Of a stretch of 64,000 nt of DNA, positions 19,107 through 28,827 are shown one piece after another (position 1 is the first letter of the stretch; the number at the start of each line of letters is the position of its first letter). Origin of the DNA: Yoonia sp. (GTDB lineage Bacteria; Pseudomonadota; Alphaproteobacteria; Rhodobacterales; Rhodobacteraceae); assembly GCA_965658825.1 (NCBI GenBank), contig CBFHTU010000010.1, positions 13,866 through 77,865 on the forward strand. Direction: 5' to 3'. A model generated the notes under the pieces. That model was not told the DNA's origin, did no database searches, and saw only the letters and a list, made by a program, of their open reading frames with translations. The translations under genes and the position numbers were made by a program.

Positions 19107-20515
19107 TTCAACTCCAATTCTTTGATTTCATGACGCAGTGTTGCTGCGAATTCTGGATAGGTTTCAGGCAGGTCGCCCCAAAGCTGACGGTTGGTGAGAA
19201 AGGCCTCCGTGCCCAAAAGCGCCTTGAGGTCGTCCCAGCTTGGTTCAATATATTGAAACGGGACTTTTCCGGCAGCGACGTGGCAGGCAAAGACGTGCCA
19301 GCCTGCGATGCTGCGGATGGCGAAGACCGGTGTGATCCCTTGCTCAAAACATCCCGCCAACGTGGGGCGGATGAAGATCGGGAACTTGGCCATTCCATCC
19401 GCACAAATGCGCGCGACCGTGTCGCCGATGGCCTGATTGCCAAATCGGCGCGTGATATCTGCCAGATAGGCCTCTTTCGAGAAGGGTAGATCAATGGTGA
19501 TGGCTGGCAAAACTTCTTTGGTTTCGAAGTTCTGGAAGTGCGCGCTCAGATGCGGCGCACGCATCGCGGCATCAAAGGTGACAACACCTTCAAGTGCTGC
19601 CAGATAGGCCAGCGCCGTATGGCCGCCGTTGAGCACGCGGATCTTTGTCTCTTCATAGGGATCGACATTCTCCGTCACCGTTACACCCGCTTTTGCCAGA
19701 TCCGGCATCGGGGCGGTTGCGCTGTCTTGCAGCACCCATTGGATGAAGTCTTCGGCCATAATCGGCGAGCTCACGTCTTGGCCGACAAGTGCTGTCAATT
19801 CCTGACTAAGTTCGATCGGGCTGCGCGGCGTGATCCGGTCAACCATCGAGCAGGGGAAGGCGACATTTGCACCGACCCAAGCGGCAAGCGCCTGATCTCC
19901 GCAAGCGTTCAAATAGGCCAAAAGATTGCGGCGCAACATTTTCCCGTTCTGGCGGATGTTGTCGCAACAGGCGATGGTCAAAGGAGCCGCAGTTGCAGCC
20001 ACGCGTTGGGTCAATGCCGCACGCAAGTATCCGTAAACACTGCGCGGTGCGCCGCCTGCGATTTCGGCCTGCATGGTCGGGTCAGCCGTGTTCAGATTGC
20101 CGTTCGGGTCGGTGTAATAGCCGCTCTCCGTGACCGTAATCGTGACCAGATGAACGGAAGGTAGCGACATGATGGCCTCTGCTTCAGCCTTTGCCGCACT
20201 CCAATCGACGAACTGGACGTGGGCGCGGACGCGGCGCAAGGCAACCTCGCCCTCGGCGGAAATCGACTTGAGATAGTAGCCGTCGTGGCGCGTCACATCG
20301 GCTTCGGCTGTGTTGAATTGATCCGTCTCGGAGCCGCGCAAATTGACGGCTGCAATGCCCCAGCGCAGATCGCCGGAGATGTTCATGTAGTCGTCAATAT
20401 AAACGGCTTGGTGGGCACGGTGGAAGGCGCCAAAGCCAAGGTGAATGACGCCGACCTGACAGTCGGATCGGGCATAATCCGTCGCGAAAACAGGTGAATT
20501 TGTTGCGCTATTCAT
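19094..20515 (-). CDS. mannitol dehydrogenase family protein (mannitol/arabinitol dehydrogenase-like)
   Basis: VIHLGFGAFHRAHQAVYIDDYM is the N-terminal Rossmann motif typical of long-chain mannitol dehydrogenases. 473 aa. Confidence 0.9.
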   Translation of the reverse strand: MNSATNSPVFATDYARSDCQVGVIHLGFGAFHRAHQAVYIDDYMNISGDLRWGIAAVNLRGSETDQFNTAEADVTRHDGYYLKSISAEGEVALRRVRAHVQFVDWSAAKAEAEAIMSLPSVHLVTITVTESGYYTDPNGNLNTADPTMQAEIAGGAPRSVYGYLRAALTQRVAATAAPLTIACCDNIRQNGKMLRRNLLAYLNACGDQALAAWVGANVAFPCSMVDRITPRSPIELSQELTALVGQDVSSPIMAEDFIQWVLQDSATAPMPDLAKAGVTVTENVDPYEETKIRVLNGGHTALAYLAALEGVVTFDAAMRAPHLSAHFQNFETKEVLPAITIDLPFSKEAYLADITRRFGNQAIGDTVARICADGMAKFPIFIRPTLAGCFEQGITPVFAIRSIAGWHVFACHVAAGKVPFQYIEPSWDDLKALLGTEAFLTNRQLWGDLPETYPEFAATLRHEIKELELKCPV

Positions 20516-21405
20516 TGTGTTGACTCCAGTTTCGGTGCGAGATCTTTGCGCGCTGTTTCGCGATATTCAGAAGGGGTCATGCCCTTCATCTTCAAGAAAT
20601 GCCGGTTAAAATTAGCGAGGTTTTTAAAGCCCGCGTTTTGCGAGATCGTGATAATGTGATCGTCTGAGGCAAAGAGCATGCCGCAGGCCTCTCCGATCCG
20701 AATGCGCGTCAAGAACTCGACGAAGCTATGGCCGGTGACGGTCTGAAAATTGCGGCTGAAGGTGATCTCGGTCATGCCTGCCATCTCGGCGGCCTGCCCA
20801 AGGGTCAGCCCCTCGCAAAAATCCTTGACGATGTGATCAACCACTGTGGCGATGCGCGCATGCTTGCTGCCGCCTTCGGGCTGAATGAGCTTGTTGATCG
20901 AGAGCGTCTTTTTCTCGGCATGCTCATTGAGCCGGACCAGAAACCTGACAAAGGCCAAGATGCGTTCCGCGCCTGTATTGTCGCGGATCGATTCCATGTG
21001 GCCTCGCGCAAACGTCGGATTGAACCCCTCGAAAATAATCCCCGATTGGGCCATTTGCAGCAGACGCAGAACCTGCGAAAACTCGGGGAACCCGTCGGCG
21101 AGCTTTGCAACGCTTTCGTGGCTGAACTGCACCAACATGTCGCGGGTCTGTGCGGGCTTTTTCCACGCGCTTTCAGTGACCCAATTGTGTGGCAGATTGG
21201 GACCCGTCATAAAGAGATCACCAGCCTTAAAGTCGCCGATATAATCGCCTACAAAGGCCTTGCCGCGCGTCGCGGTGATCAGGTGCAGCTCGTATTCCTC
21301 ATGGGCGTGCCAGCGGCAAAGCTCCGTCGGCCACCCGTGTTGCAGGTAGCGGATAGACCGAGAAGAGCGGTCAACCATCTCAATTTCGGGGGCTATTGTA
21401 GACAT
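20512..21405 (-). CDS. AraC family transcriptional regulator
   Basis: N-terminal cupin-like sensor and C-terminal double HTH (LTLGQAAEMAGMTEITFSRNFQ...GFKNLANFNRHFLKMKGMTPSEYR). Confidence 0.9.
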   Translation of the reverse strand: MSTIAPEIEMVDRSSRSIRYLQHGWPTELCRWHAHEEYELHLITATRGKAFVGDYIGDFKAGDLFMTGPNLPHNWVTESAWKKPAQTRDMLVQFSHESVAKLADGFPEFSQVLRLLQMAQSGIIFEGFNPTFARGHMESIRDNTGAERILAFVRFLVRLNEHAEKKTLSINKLIQPEGGSKHARIATVVDHIVKDFCEGLTLGQAAEMAGMTEITFSRNFQTVTGHSFVEFLTRIRIGEACGMLFASDDHIITISQNAGFKNLANFNRHFLKMKGMTPSEYRETARKDLAPKLESTQ

Positions 21406-21489
21406 CGAACTATCCTTGGATGCCGCAAATCACGGCACCCGTGACGGAGCAAGGCGTGCCTGCCATCTCTAAAAGGGCCGTTGCTTGCA

Positions 21490-22326
21490 TCACTTGACCG
21501 CTCCGAATGTCAGGCCCTGCACCAGCTGCTTTTGGCAGAACCACCCAAGAACAACGATTGGCGCGATAGCGGCCGTTGATACGGCAGACAGGCGACCAAA
21601 GAACAGCCCTTCAGGGGCACGGTTGCCTTCGATCAGCGTCGATAAGGTTGCCGCATTAATCGTGGTCAGGCGGACCGACCAATAGGCCTCGTTCCAGCAG
21701 AAGATGAACGTGAGCAGCGCGGTGGATGCGATACCACCCCATGCCAGCGGGATCAGGATATCCTTGATCTCGCCCCATGTGTTCACACCGTCCATTTTAC
21801 CCGCTTCGATGATCTCTTTGGGGATTTCTTTGAAGTAGGTGAACAACATCCAGACAGCGATCGGCAGGTTGATCAGGCACAAGACCATAATCACCAGAAA
21901 ATGCGTATCGTAGATCTGAAGGATATTCTTTGTCAGGAACGTCATTGGATAAAGAACCGCAGCGGCTGGCAGCATCTTGGTGGAGAGCATCCACATCAAG
22001 ATATCCTTGGTGTGGCGGCTTGGGTTGAACGCCATCGCGTAGGCGGCGGGTACACCGACAGCCATGGCAAACAGTGTCGCAAAAGAAGACGTGATCACCG
22101 AGTTGATGGCAAAGCGCCAGTAGTCGTAGTTTTCCGTCATGTTGGTGTAGTTTTCGAACGTCGGCGTAAAGAAGAACAAGTGTTCGGCCTTCACCGCGTC
22201 AGCGTCAGTCTTAAAGCTGGTGAAGACCAACCAGAAAATTGGAAAGAAAAAGATCAGGGCGATGATCCATGCCATAGCTGGTCTGAGGATATTACCAAGT
22301 CTTGAAGTTTGGGTCACTGTTGCCAT
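21490..22326 (-). CDS. carbohydrate ABC transporter permease
   Basis: 278-aa MalG-like membrane protein with an EAA-type loop (EAGKMDGVNTWG). Confidence 0.9.
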   Translation of the reverse strand: MATVTQTSRLGNILRPAMAWIIALIFFFPIFWLVFTSFKTDADAVKAEHLFFFTPTFENYTNMTENYDYWRFAINSVITSSFATLFAMAVGVPAAYAMAFNPSRHTKDILMWMLSTKMLPAAAVLYPMTFLTKNILQIYDTHFLVIMVLCLINLPIAVWMLFTYFKEIPKEIIEAGKMDGVNTWGEIKDILIPLAWGGIASTALLTFIFCWNEAYWSVRLTTINAATLSTLIEGNRAPEGLFFGRLSAVSTAAIAPIVVLGWFCQKQLVQGLTFGAVK

Positions 22327-22337
22327 TTTCTTGTTCC

Positions 22338-23288
22338 TTAATCCATCAAGCTCTTGCCAACCAAGCGCAGCAAGAAGATCGCGATGATGTTAGCGAGGAT
22401 AATTGCAAAGACGCCTGTGGCGGATGCCGCGCCAATGTTGTTGTTGGCGAATTCACCTATCAGATAGGGCAGGTTTTTGTTGCCATTGCCACGGCTTACA
22501 ATTTCGATCTCTGCATAAAGCGAAAGGTGGAAGATCGATTGGATCATAACCACAATGGCGATTGAACGTGCCAAATGTGGCACAGTCAGGTTGATGAACT
22601 GAGACCAGTTGCTGGCGCCATCAAGAACAGCAGCTTCTTTCTGGGATTCGTCTTCGGACTGCAAGGACGTCATGAAGATCAGCACTGCAAAGGGTGTCCA
22701 CTGCCAAGCAACCATCATGATAACAGCATATGAGGATGTCTGCGTCGCACGGAAAGAGATCGGTTCAATTTGCGGCCACATCGAAAAGAAATGCCCCAGA
22801 ACTGGCCAGTCGCGCAGACCGTCAAGCAAGCTGTTAAGGCCGCCAACTGCGAGGCCGTTCAGACCAAGGACCGGATCAAGGATCATGTTGATCCACAAAA
22901 CCGCGTTCACAGCGGGCATCACGAAGAATGGCGAAATCAGCAGAACACGCACGATGCCACGACCCAGGAAGGACTTGTTGATCAGAACCGCAATCGCGAG
23001 ACCCAAGATAACCGTGATGAGCAAGATGCTGACAACGATGAAGACGGAGTTCTGGATGGCAAACCAAAAGTCTTTGGCCTCCAGAACGTATTTATAGTTC
23101 CCTAAACCACGCCAGTTGCTCAGCGATGGCACCATCCATTCCGGGCGGACCGTGCTGTTGAGCACATAACGGATGAAGGAGAAAAACAGCGTCATGCTGA
23201 GCGGTACAATCATCCAGACCAACAGCAATAAGACGGCTGGGGTTTGCAAAAGGCGGGGGAGCGTTCTGTCGGACATGACTATGGTCAC
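22338..23288 (-). CDS. carbohydrate ABC transporter permease
   Basis: 316-aa MalF-like membrane protein. The first codon is GTG; the ATG at 23276 (MSDRTLP) is an alternative start. Confidence 0.9.
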   Translation of the reverse strand: MTIVMSDRTLPRLLQTPAVLLLLVWMIVPLSMTLFFSFIRYVLNSTVRPEWMVPSLSNWRGLGNYKYVLEAKDFWFAIQNSVFIVVSILLITVILGLAIAVLINKSFLGRGIVRVLLISPFFVMPAVNAVLWINMILDPVLGLNGLAVGGLNSLLDGLRDWPVLGHFFSMWPQIEPISFRATQTSSYAVIMMVAWQWTPFAVLIFMTSLQSEDESQKEAAVLDGASNWSQFINLTVPHLARSIAIVVMIQSIFHLSLYAEIEIVSRGNGNKNLPYLIGEFANNNIGAASATGVFAIILANIIAIFLLRLVGKSLMD

Positions 23289-23400
23289 CTTCCCAAGTGG
23301 AGGATTCAGTTAACGTTGGATTTCAGGCGTTACTTGGCCAGCAAATTAACAGATATTTTGAAAACAAGCCAAGCAATCAGAAAAATGAACTGTGGAGATA

Positions 23401-23428
23401 TAGGCCTGACCCAAAAAGATCAGGCCTA
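23401..23428 (-). terminator. intercistronic hairpin after the SBP gene (attenuator-like)
   Basis: TAGGCCTGA/TCAGGCCTA form a 9-bp stem 14 nt downstream of the SBP stop. Such hairpins are commonly seen between SBP and permease genes. Confidence 0.45.
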
Positions 23429-23441
23429 CACCGCGCGCTAC

Positions 23442-24725
23442 TTAGTAGTAGCCAGCTTCGGACATGATCGCATCCGCTGCAGCTTGGCCAGCAGCCAATG
23501 CATCTTCTACAGATTTCGCGCCGGACAGTGCCGCTGCGATTTCTTGGGAAACGGCGTTACCGATTTCTGGGAACTCAGGGATCGCTACGAACTGCACGCC
23601 AACGTATGGCTTCAGGTCTGTGGCGCCAGGAGCCGCAGAGTTGATCGCTGCCATTTCAGCCTCTGCGAAAGGAGCAGCAGCCTGAAACTCAGGGATCTCA
23701 TATGTAGATGCACGCTGACCTGTTGGAACGGCACCCCAACCGAAGTCCGGGTGGTTGCCTACAGCCTGAACGTACGCCTTGGACGTTGCCCACTCGATGA
23801 ACGCTTGCGACGCTTCTGCGTTTGGTGAACCGGCAGGAATTGCCAATGCCCAAGCCCAGAGCCAGTTCGCACCAACCGGGTTACCCGCATTTGGCGACTG
23901 TGCGTATGCAACGCCTGGTACTTTAAGGAAAGAAGCGGCGATTGTCGCATCTATCCAAAGGCCACATTTGCCTTCGTTATAAAGTGCAAGGATCTCGTTG
24001 AAGGAGTTACCCTCAGAGCCTGGAGGGCCGTAGTTGTTCAGCAGGTTCACGTACATTGTGACCGCAGCGTTCCACTCAGGAGTGTCCAGCGTCGGGTGCA
24101 TGTCTTTGTCGAACCAGGCAGCACCAAAGGAGTTTGCCACTGTGGTAACGAAAGCCATGCCATCGCCCCATCCTGGCTTGCCGCGCAAACAAGCACCGTA
24201 AACTTCGTTTTCAGGATCGTGGATCGCAGCGGCAGCCGCTGTGATGTTTTCCCAGCTGTCGTTGTCAGCGATCGTCACGCCTGCGGCGTCAGTCAGGTCC
24301 TTACGGTACATAACCATGGACGATTCACCGTAGAATGGTGCCGCATAAAGCTGACCGTTTGCGGAAAGGCCTTCGCGCATCGCGGGCAGTATGTCCTCGA
24401 GGTCATATTCGTCGGAGAAGTTCAGTGGCTCGATCCAACCAGCAGCGCCCCAGATTGGTGCTTCTTGCATGCCGATGTTGATGATGTCGTACTGACCGCC
24501 ACCGGTTGCTGTGTCGGACGTAACCTGCTCGCGCAGAACGCCTTCTTCCAGAGAAACCCAGTTCAGGTTTACGCCTGTTTCAGCAGTATAGGCTTCAGCA
24601 ACTTTTTGCATGTTGATCATGTGACCGTTGTTCACGATCGCGATGGTCAGGTCTTGAGCTGTAGCGAAAGATGCACCTGTGACGCCAAGCGTCAGGCTAA
24701 GTGCTGTGGTACGTAGAAGTTTCAT
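23442..24725 (-). CDS. extracellular solute-binding protein (polyol/sugar ABC)
   Basis: GGGAGGA RBS, then ATG 24725. Signal peptide MKLLRTTALSLTLGVTGASFATAQ. Confidence 0.9.
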   Translation of the reverse strand: MKLLRTTALSLTLGVTGASFATAQDLTIAIVNNGHMINMQKVAEAYTAETGVNLNWVSLEEGVLREQVTSDTATGGGQYDIINIGMQEAPIWGAAGWIEPLNFSDEYDLEDILPAMREGLSANGQLYAAPFYGESSMVMYRKDLTDAAGVTIADNDSWENITAAAAAIHDPENEVYGACLRGKPGWGDGMAFVTTVANSFGAAWFDKDMHPTLDTPEWNAAVTMYVNLLNNYGPPGSEGNSFNEILALYNEGKCGLWIDATIAASFLKVPGVAYAQSPNAGNPVGANWLWAWALAIPAGSPNAEASQAFIEWATSKAYVQAVGNHPDFGWGAVPTGQRASTYEIPEFQAAAPFAEAEMAAINSAAPGATDLKPYVGVQFVAIPEFPEIGNAVSQEIAAALSGAKSVEDALAAGQAAADAIMSEAGYY

Positions 24726-25039
24726 AATTTTCCTCCCAGAAACAACAGAAACATATTTCAGTCTGTCCACTCAGAGTGTGGTAATTCCGAATTTCGCGCA
24801 AATACTATGCCAACAAAAACAAATACGATTTTGTCATACTGAGGGGAAACGATCTGCAGTTGTGTTGGAAACGACTGTCCCGACACGCGAACGTCCGTCA
24901 CGCAGGTCGCCAAAGCTGGACATAAGCCTGCTTGAAGGGGTGATTCTTGGCTTGGTTCACCGCCGTGTCCCGACGCACCACCTTGGCCGTAACATTGTGC
25001 CGCAGGACTCACTCAGCCCTAAGCAGCATGAAGTGGCCG

Positions 25040-25780
25040 CTACATGGCCAGAAACGCGTTGACGGCCGCCTCGAATTCACGCGGCTTTTCGGCATGAAGC
25101 CAGTGCCCGGCGCCCGGAATTTTTGCGAATTTGGCGGCTGGAAACAGCTCTTTGATCCGTGGGCGATATTCTGGCAGGACGTAGTTTGACGCGGACCCCG
25201 AGAGGAACAGGGCAGGGCCTTCAAACTGCCCCGACACTTCGGGAAAGCCCACGATCTGGTCCATTTCTGCGGCCAGAACGTCCAGATTCAACTTCCATTT
25301 GTGTTCTTTCAAATCGAGCGATTGGAGCAAGAACGTATCGACACCAGCTTCCAGGCCCGTGAGCTGTGCGGCGGCATCTGCGCGGGTCTTTACAGCCGAC
25401 AGGTCAACGCGGCGCATCGCCGCGATCGGCCCCATCTGGGTATGCGTATAAGCAATCGGCGCGATGTCCGCGACGACCAGTTTGCGCACCTTGTCAGGGT
25501 GTTGCAGGGCCAGAACCATGGCTGCCTTTCCACCCATCGAATGGCCCAGAACATTGGCTTGGCCGTCGATCACCTCTGCCAGATCTGCGGCCATATCCGC
25601 GTAGCTTTGCGTGTCACGCCAAGGGCTTGCGCCGTGATTTCGCATGTCGACAGTGACGACAGGACGGCGCTCGGACAGCCGCTTTGCAATCACATTCCAG
25701 TTGCGCGCCGATCCAAACAGACCGTGGGCGATAATTAAAGGTGTGCCCGCAGGCCCATCATAGGAAACCGTGTTTAACAT
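25040..25780 (-). CDS. alpha/beta-fold hydrolase
   Basis: IIAHGLFGSARNW oxyanion region and GHSMGG nucleophile elbow. 246 aa. Confidence 0.85.
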   Translation of the reverse strand: MLNTVSYDGPAGTPLIIAHGLFGSARNWNVIAKRLSERRPVVTVDMRNHGASPWRDTQSYADMAADLAEVIDGQANVLGHSMGGKAAMVLALQHPDKVRKLVVADIAPIAYTHTQMGPIAAMRRVDLSAVKTRADAAAQLTGLEAGVDTFLLQSLDLKEHKWKLNLDVLAAEMDQIVGFPEVSGQFEGPALFLSGSASNYVLPEYRPRIKELFPAAKFAKIPGAGHWLHAEKPREFEAAVNAFLAM

Positions 25781-25858
25781 GCATCTAATCTAACGCTTCA
25801 TTGCAGGCTTTTACCAGAGGGATTGAGCCTGCCTGCGCTGCATGATTAACCACGCTGC

Positions 25859-26230
25859 ATGATTGGGGACATGCTTGATAATCAAATCGCCGAAGTGCGC
25901 AAACTGATGGAAACGCAGTTGCGGATCCGTGGTAAATCGCTTGAGTATCAGGTGCGCAAAGCAGGGCGATTATTGCCGCGCAATCTGCGACATGACGCGG
26001 TGTATCTGGCACAGGCGGCCACGATCATGAACCATCCAAAACTAAGCCGCATGGTGGATTTGGATAAAGCGACCAAGGCGCACGCGCGCTTGGTGGCGTT
26101 CCTCGAAAAGGTTGACCCAAAAGACCGCGCCAAAGGCGTCTTGCTCAGCTGGCTCGGCTCGCTCGCGTTTGCCGCGATTGTCGTTTTCATCGTCGTGGTG
26201 ACAGTGCTCGTCAAACGCGGGATCGTCTGA
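25859..26230 (+). CDS. hypothetical protein with a C-terminal TM anchor
   Basis: 123-aa helical protein ending in LLSWLGSLAFAAIVVFIVVVTVLV. The ATG at 25871 (GGGGA RBS) is an alternative start. Confidence 0.6.
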   Translation: MIGDMLDNQIAEVRKLMETQLRIRGKSLEYQVRKAGRLLPRNLRHDAVYLAQAATIMNHPKLSRMVDLDKATKAHARLVAFLEKVDPKDRAKGVLLSWLGSLAFAAIVVFIVVVTVLVKRGIV

Positions 26231-26346
26231 CGATATTAATATGCCATCCGCCAATTGTGAAATAGGTCGAACGTGATTAACCTCACTCAACCCTTAATTG
26301 TGAGGCGTATTGATGCCAAGACTATCTAGATGATCCGCTGGTTGCA

Positions 26347-27459
26347 TTGTCGGGTGCCTTGGTTGAACGCTTTGAAGACCCGAAAAGCAAGACGGCTGCC
26401 ACCGCCAATGCGAAGTTTGCGAAAGGCTTGCGCAAGGCCGCGCCCAAGTTGGGGCGGTTGGCGCTGCGACTGGGGGTGTCTTACGCCACTGCTGGGATCA
26501 TCAATCGTGCCGATGATTGGGTTGGCGCGGATGATAATGAGGCGCAGAATACGTCCAAGGCTTTGACCGATACGGCAGGTGTTGCGGCGCAGGGTGCGAT
26601 TGATAAGTTCTGGCAAGCAGAGGACGGCAAGCGTGACGCGATGGAGGCATTTCGTGATGCTATAAGTGGCTGGACTGAACCGGATGAAAAGGGGCACCCG
26701 ACACGCCGTTTAGTTGTTGTGATCGACGAGTTGGACCGCTGCCGCCCAGATTATGCGCTGAACCTATTGGAAATCATGAAGCATTTCTTTGATGTGGCAG
26801 GGGTCACGTTTGTGCTGGGCACCAATATGCGCGCCATGCAGAACCACGTTGTCGCGCGGTATGGGGCGGGGGTGGACGCGGGGCTGTATTTGCAGAAGTT
26901 TGTACATGTGACGATGCGGTTGGGGGAGAGAGAAGACCGTTACGGTAGTTCGTCTCAGATCGTTCCTTTTTTCCGAAAGATGCTGATCCAGATGGGGGTA
27001 AGTGGTGGCTACACGGAAGTCGTGAAGGGCTATCTTCCGAGTTTACGATATAAAAATAGCGTTACACTCAGAGGATTACAGGAGGTGGCACGGTTGTGCG
27101 TGATTACGCCATACCCAGATGAGCCCGATAATATGCGAGTTCCAATCCTGATTGGGGGGCTCATGTTGCTCAAAGCAATGCGTCCTGAAGTTCTTGAAAA
27201 AGTCCTGGCTGGAGAGGCCAAGTGGAGGGAGGTTCAGGAGGCTTTGGGTTTGACTTCAGATTTGCCAGAGGCGCGGCACACTGAACGGCAAGTATCCGAA
27301 GCGTGGCTGCTTTGTTTCCAAAACCAAAAATCACCAGAGTTTTGGCAGGAATATCTGAGGGATGACTATCGTCGTCTTACAAACAGCTATGGCCCCGACA
27401 CATTGCGCAACCTGTATGATGGCTACATTGGCGCAATCTCGATTGACGGCTTGAGGTAG
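26347..27459 (+). CDS. KAP-family P-loop NTPase homolog lacking the N-terminal Walker A region (probable remnant)
   Basis: RRLVVVIDELDRCRPDYALNLLEIMKHFF matches the KAP Walker B/DxLDRC signature. There is no GxxGxGK[ST] anywhere. An in-frame TGA sits at 26311 and the first codon is TTG. The 3' half looks lower in GC by eye. Confidence 0.65.
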   Translation: MSGALVERFEDPKSKTAATANAKFAKGLRKAAPKLGRLALRLGVSYATAGIINRADDWVGADDNEAQNTSKALTDTAGVAAQGAIDKFWQAEDGKRDAMEAFRDAISGWTEPDEKGHPTRRLVVVIDELDRCRPDYALNLLEIMKHFFDVAGVTFVLGTNMRAMQNHVVARYGAGVDAGLYLQKFVHVTMRLGEREDRYGSSSQIVPFFRKMLIQMGVSGGYTEVVKGYLPSLRYKNSVTLRGLQEVARLCVITPYPDEPDNMRVPILIGGLMLLKAMRPEVLEKVLAGEAKWREVQEALGLTSDLPEARHTERQVSEAWLLCFQNQKSPEFWQEYLRDDYRRLTNSYGPDTLRNLYDGYIGAISIDGLR

Positions 27460-27468
27460 AACGCAAAA

Positions 27469-27494
27469 GGCCGCCACAGTGTCCTGCGGCGGCC
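27469..27494 (-). terminator. Rho-independent terminator of glyA
   Basis: GGCCGCC/GGCGGCC stem extended by CAG/CTG. On the minus strand it is followed by CUUUUGCGUU. Confidence 0.7.
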
Positions 27495-27505
27495 CAGACT
27501 GTGTA

Positions 27506-27524
27506 GGATGGGTTTTAACCCATC
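27506..27524. repeat. palindromic element GGATGGGTTTTAACCCATC, copy 1
   Basis: Exact 19-nt match to 52451..52469. The arms GATGGGT/ACCCATC are self-complementary. It lies 7 nt after the glyA stop codon (minus strand). Confidence 0.85.
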
Positions 27525-27531
27525 GCCCCGA

Positions 27532-28827
27532 TTAGAGATTTGGATACATCGGGAATTTTGCGCACATCGCCTCGACTTCGGCGCGTACTTTTGCCTCCAC
27601 GTCGCCGTTGCCGTCTTCGCCATTTGCGGCCAGCCCGTCGGTCACTTCAACGATCCAATCGGCAATCTGGCGGAATTCTGCTTCGCCAAATCCGCGGGTC
27701 GTGCCTGCAGGAGAGCCGAGACGGATGCCGGATGTCACGGTCGGCTTTTCGGGGTCAAACGGGATGCCGTTCTTGTTGCATGTGATATGGGCGCGGCCGA
27801 GTGCCTTTTCGGTTTCGTTACCCTTCACGCCTTTGGGGCGCAGATCGACGAGCATCAGGTGCGTATCGGTGCCGCCTGTGACGATATCAAGGCCGCCTTT
27901 CATCAACTGATCGGCCAGCGCTTGTGCGTTCTTGACGACCTGCTCCTGGTAGCCCTTGAACTCTGGGCGGAGGGCCTCACCGAATGCCACGGCCTTGCCT
28001 GCGATGACGTGCATCAGCGGGCCGCCTTGAATACCCGGGAAGATCGCGGAGTTCACTTTTTTGGCAATCGCTTCGTCATTGGTGACGATCATGCCGCCAC
28101 GTGGGCCGCGCAGTGTTTTGTGCGTTGTGGTCGATGCGACATGTGCATGCGGGAACGGGGAGGGGTAGAGCCCTGCCGCCACAAGACCCGCAAAGTGGGC
28201 CATGTCGACAAACAGAAACGCGCCGACGGAATCTGCAATCTCACGCATCTTCGCGAAATCAATGATGCGCGGAATCGCGGAACCGCCTGCGATGATCATC
28301 TTTGGCTTATGCTCTGTCGCGAGGGCCTGCACTTCGTCATAGTCCAGCAAGCTGTCCTGCTGGCGCACACCGTATTGGATCGCGTTGAACCATTTGCCGG
28401 ACTGGTTCGGTTTCGCGCCGTGGGTCAGGTGACCACCAGCGTCCAGCGACATGCCAAGGATGGTATCGCCGGGCTGCAAGAGCGCTTGGAACACCCCTTG
28501 GTTGGCCTGAGAACCGGAGTTTGGCTGCACGTTGGCGTATTCACAGCCGAACAGCTGCTTTGCGCGCTCAATGGCGAGGTTCTCTGCCACATCCACATGC
28601 TCACAGCCGCCATAGTAGCGGCGACCTGGATAGCCTTCGGCGTATTTGTTGGTCATGACGCTGCCTTGGGCTTCCATGACGGCCGCCGAGACAATGTTTT
28701 CGGAGGCGATCAATTCGATCTCGTTGCGCTGACGGCCAAGTTCGGCACGCATCGCGGCATGGATCTCCGGATCGCGGGTCTCGAGTTTTTCGACAAAGAA
28801 GCCAGAATCGCGCACGTTAGTTGTCAT
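27532..28827 (-). CDS. glyA: serine hydroxymethyltransferase
   Basis: ...[10 protein letters not shown]...[11 protein letters not shown] (PLP lysine). Start at ATG 28827 (AAGGGA RBS); the GTG at 28848 is an alternative. Confidence 0.95.
   Translation of the reverse strand: MTTNVRDSGFFVEKLETRDPEIHAAMRAELGRQRNEIELIASENIVSAAVMEAQGSVMTNKYAEGYPGRRYYGGCEHVDVAENLAIERAKQLFGCEYANVQPNSGSQANQGVFQALLQPGDTILGMSLDAGGHLTHGAKPNQSGKWFNAIQYGVRQQDSLLDYDEVQALATEHKPKMIIAGGSAIPRIIDFAKMREIADSVGAFLFVDMAHFAGLVAAGLYPSPFPHAHVASTTTHKTLRGPRGGMIVTNDEAIAKKVNSAIFPGIQGGPLMHVIAGKAVAFGEALRPEFKGYQEQVVKNAQALADQLMKGGLDIVTGGTDTHLMLVDLRPKGVKGNETEKALGRAHITCNKNGIPFDPEKPTVTSGIRLGSPAGTTRGFGEAEFRQIADWIVEVTDGLAANGEDGNGDVEAKVRAEVEAMCAKFPMYPNL

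Noticed and set aside
24726-25039. Short repeats in the polyol-operon upstream region: CAAATAC x2 spaced 21 bp apart, and TGTCCCGAC x2 spaced 90 bp apart. I considered them as AraC half-sites or a structured RNA.
   Set aside because: Repeats of 7-9 nt within 300 bp are expected by chance at appreciable frequency, and I saw nothing else supporting them.
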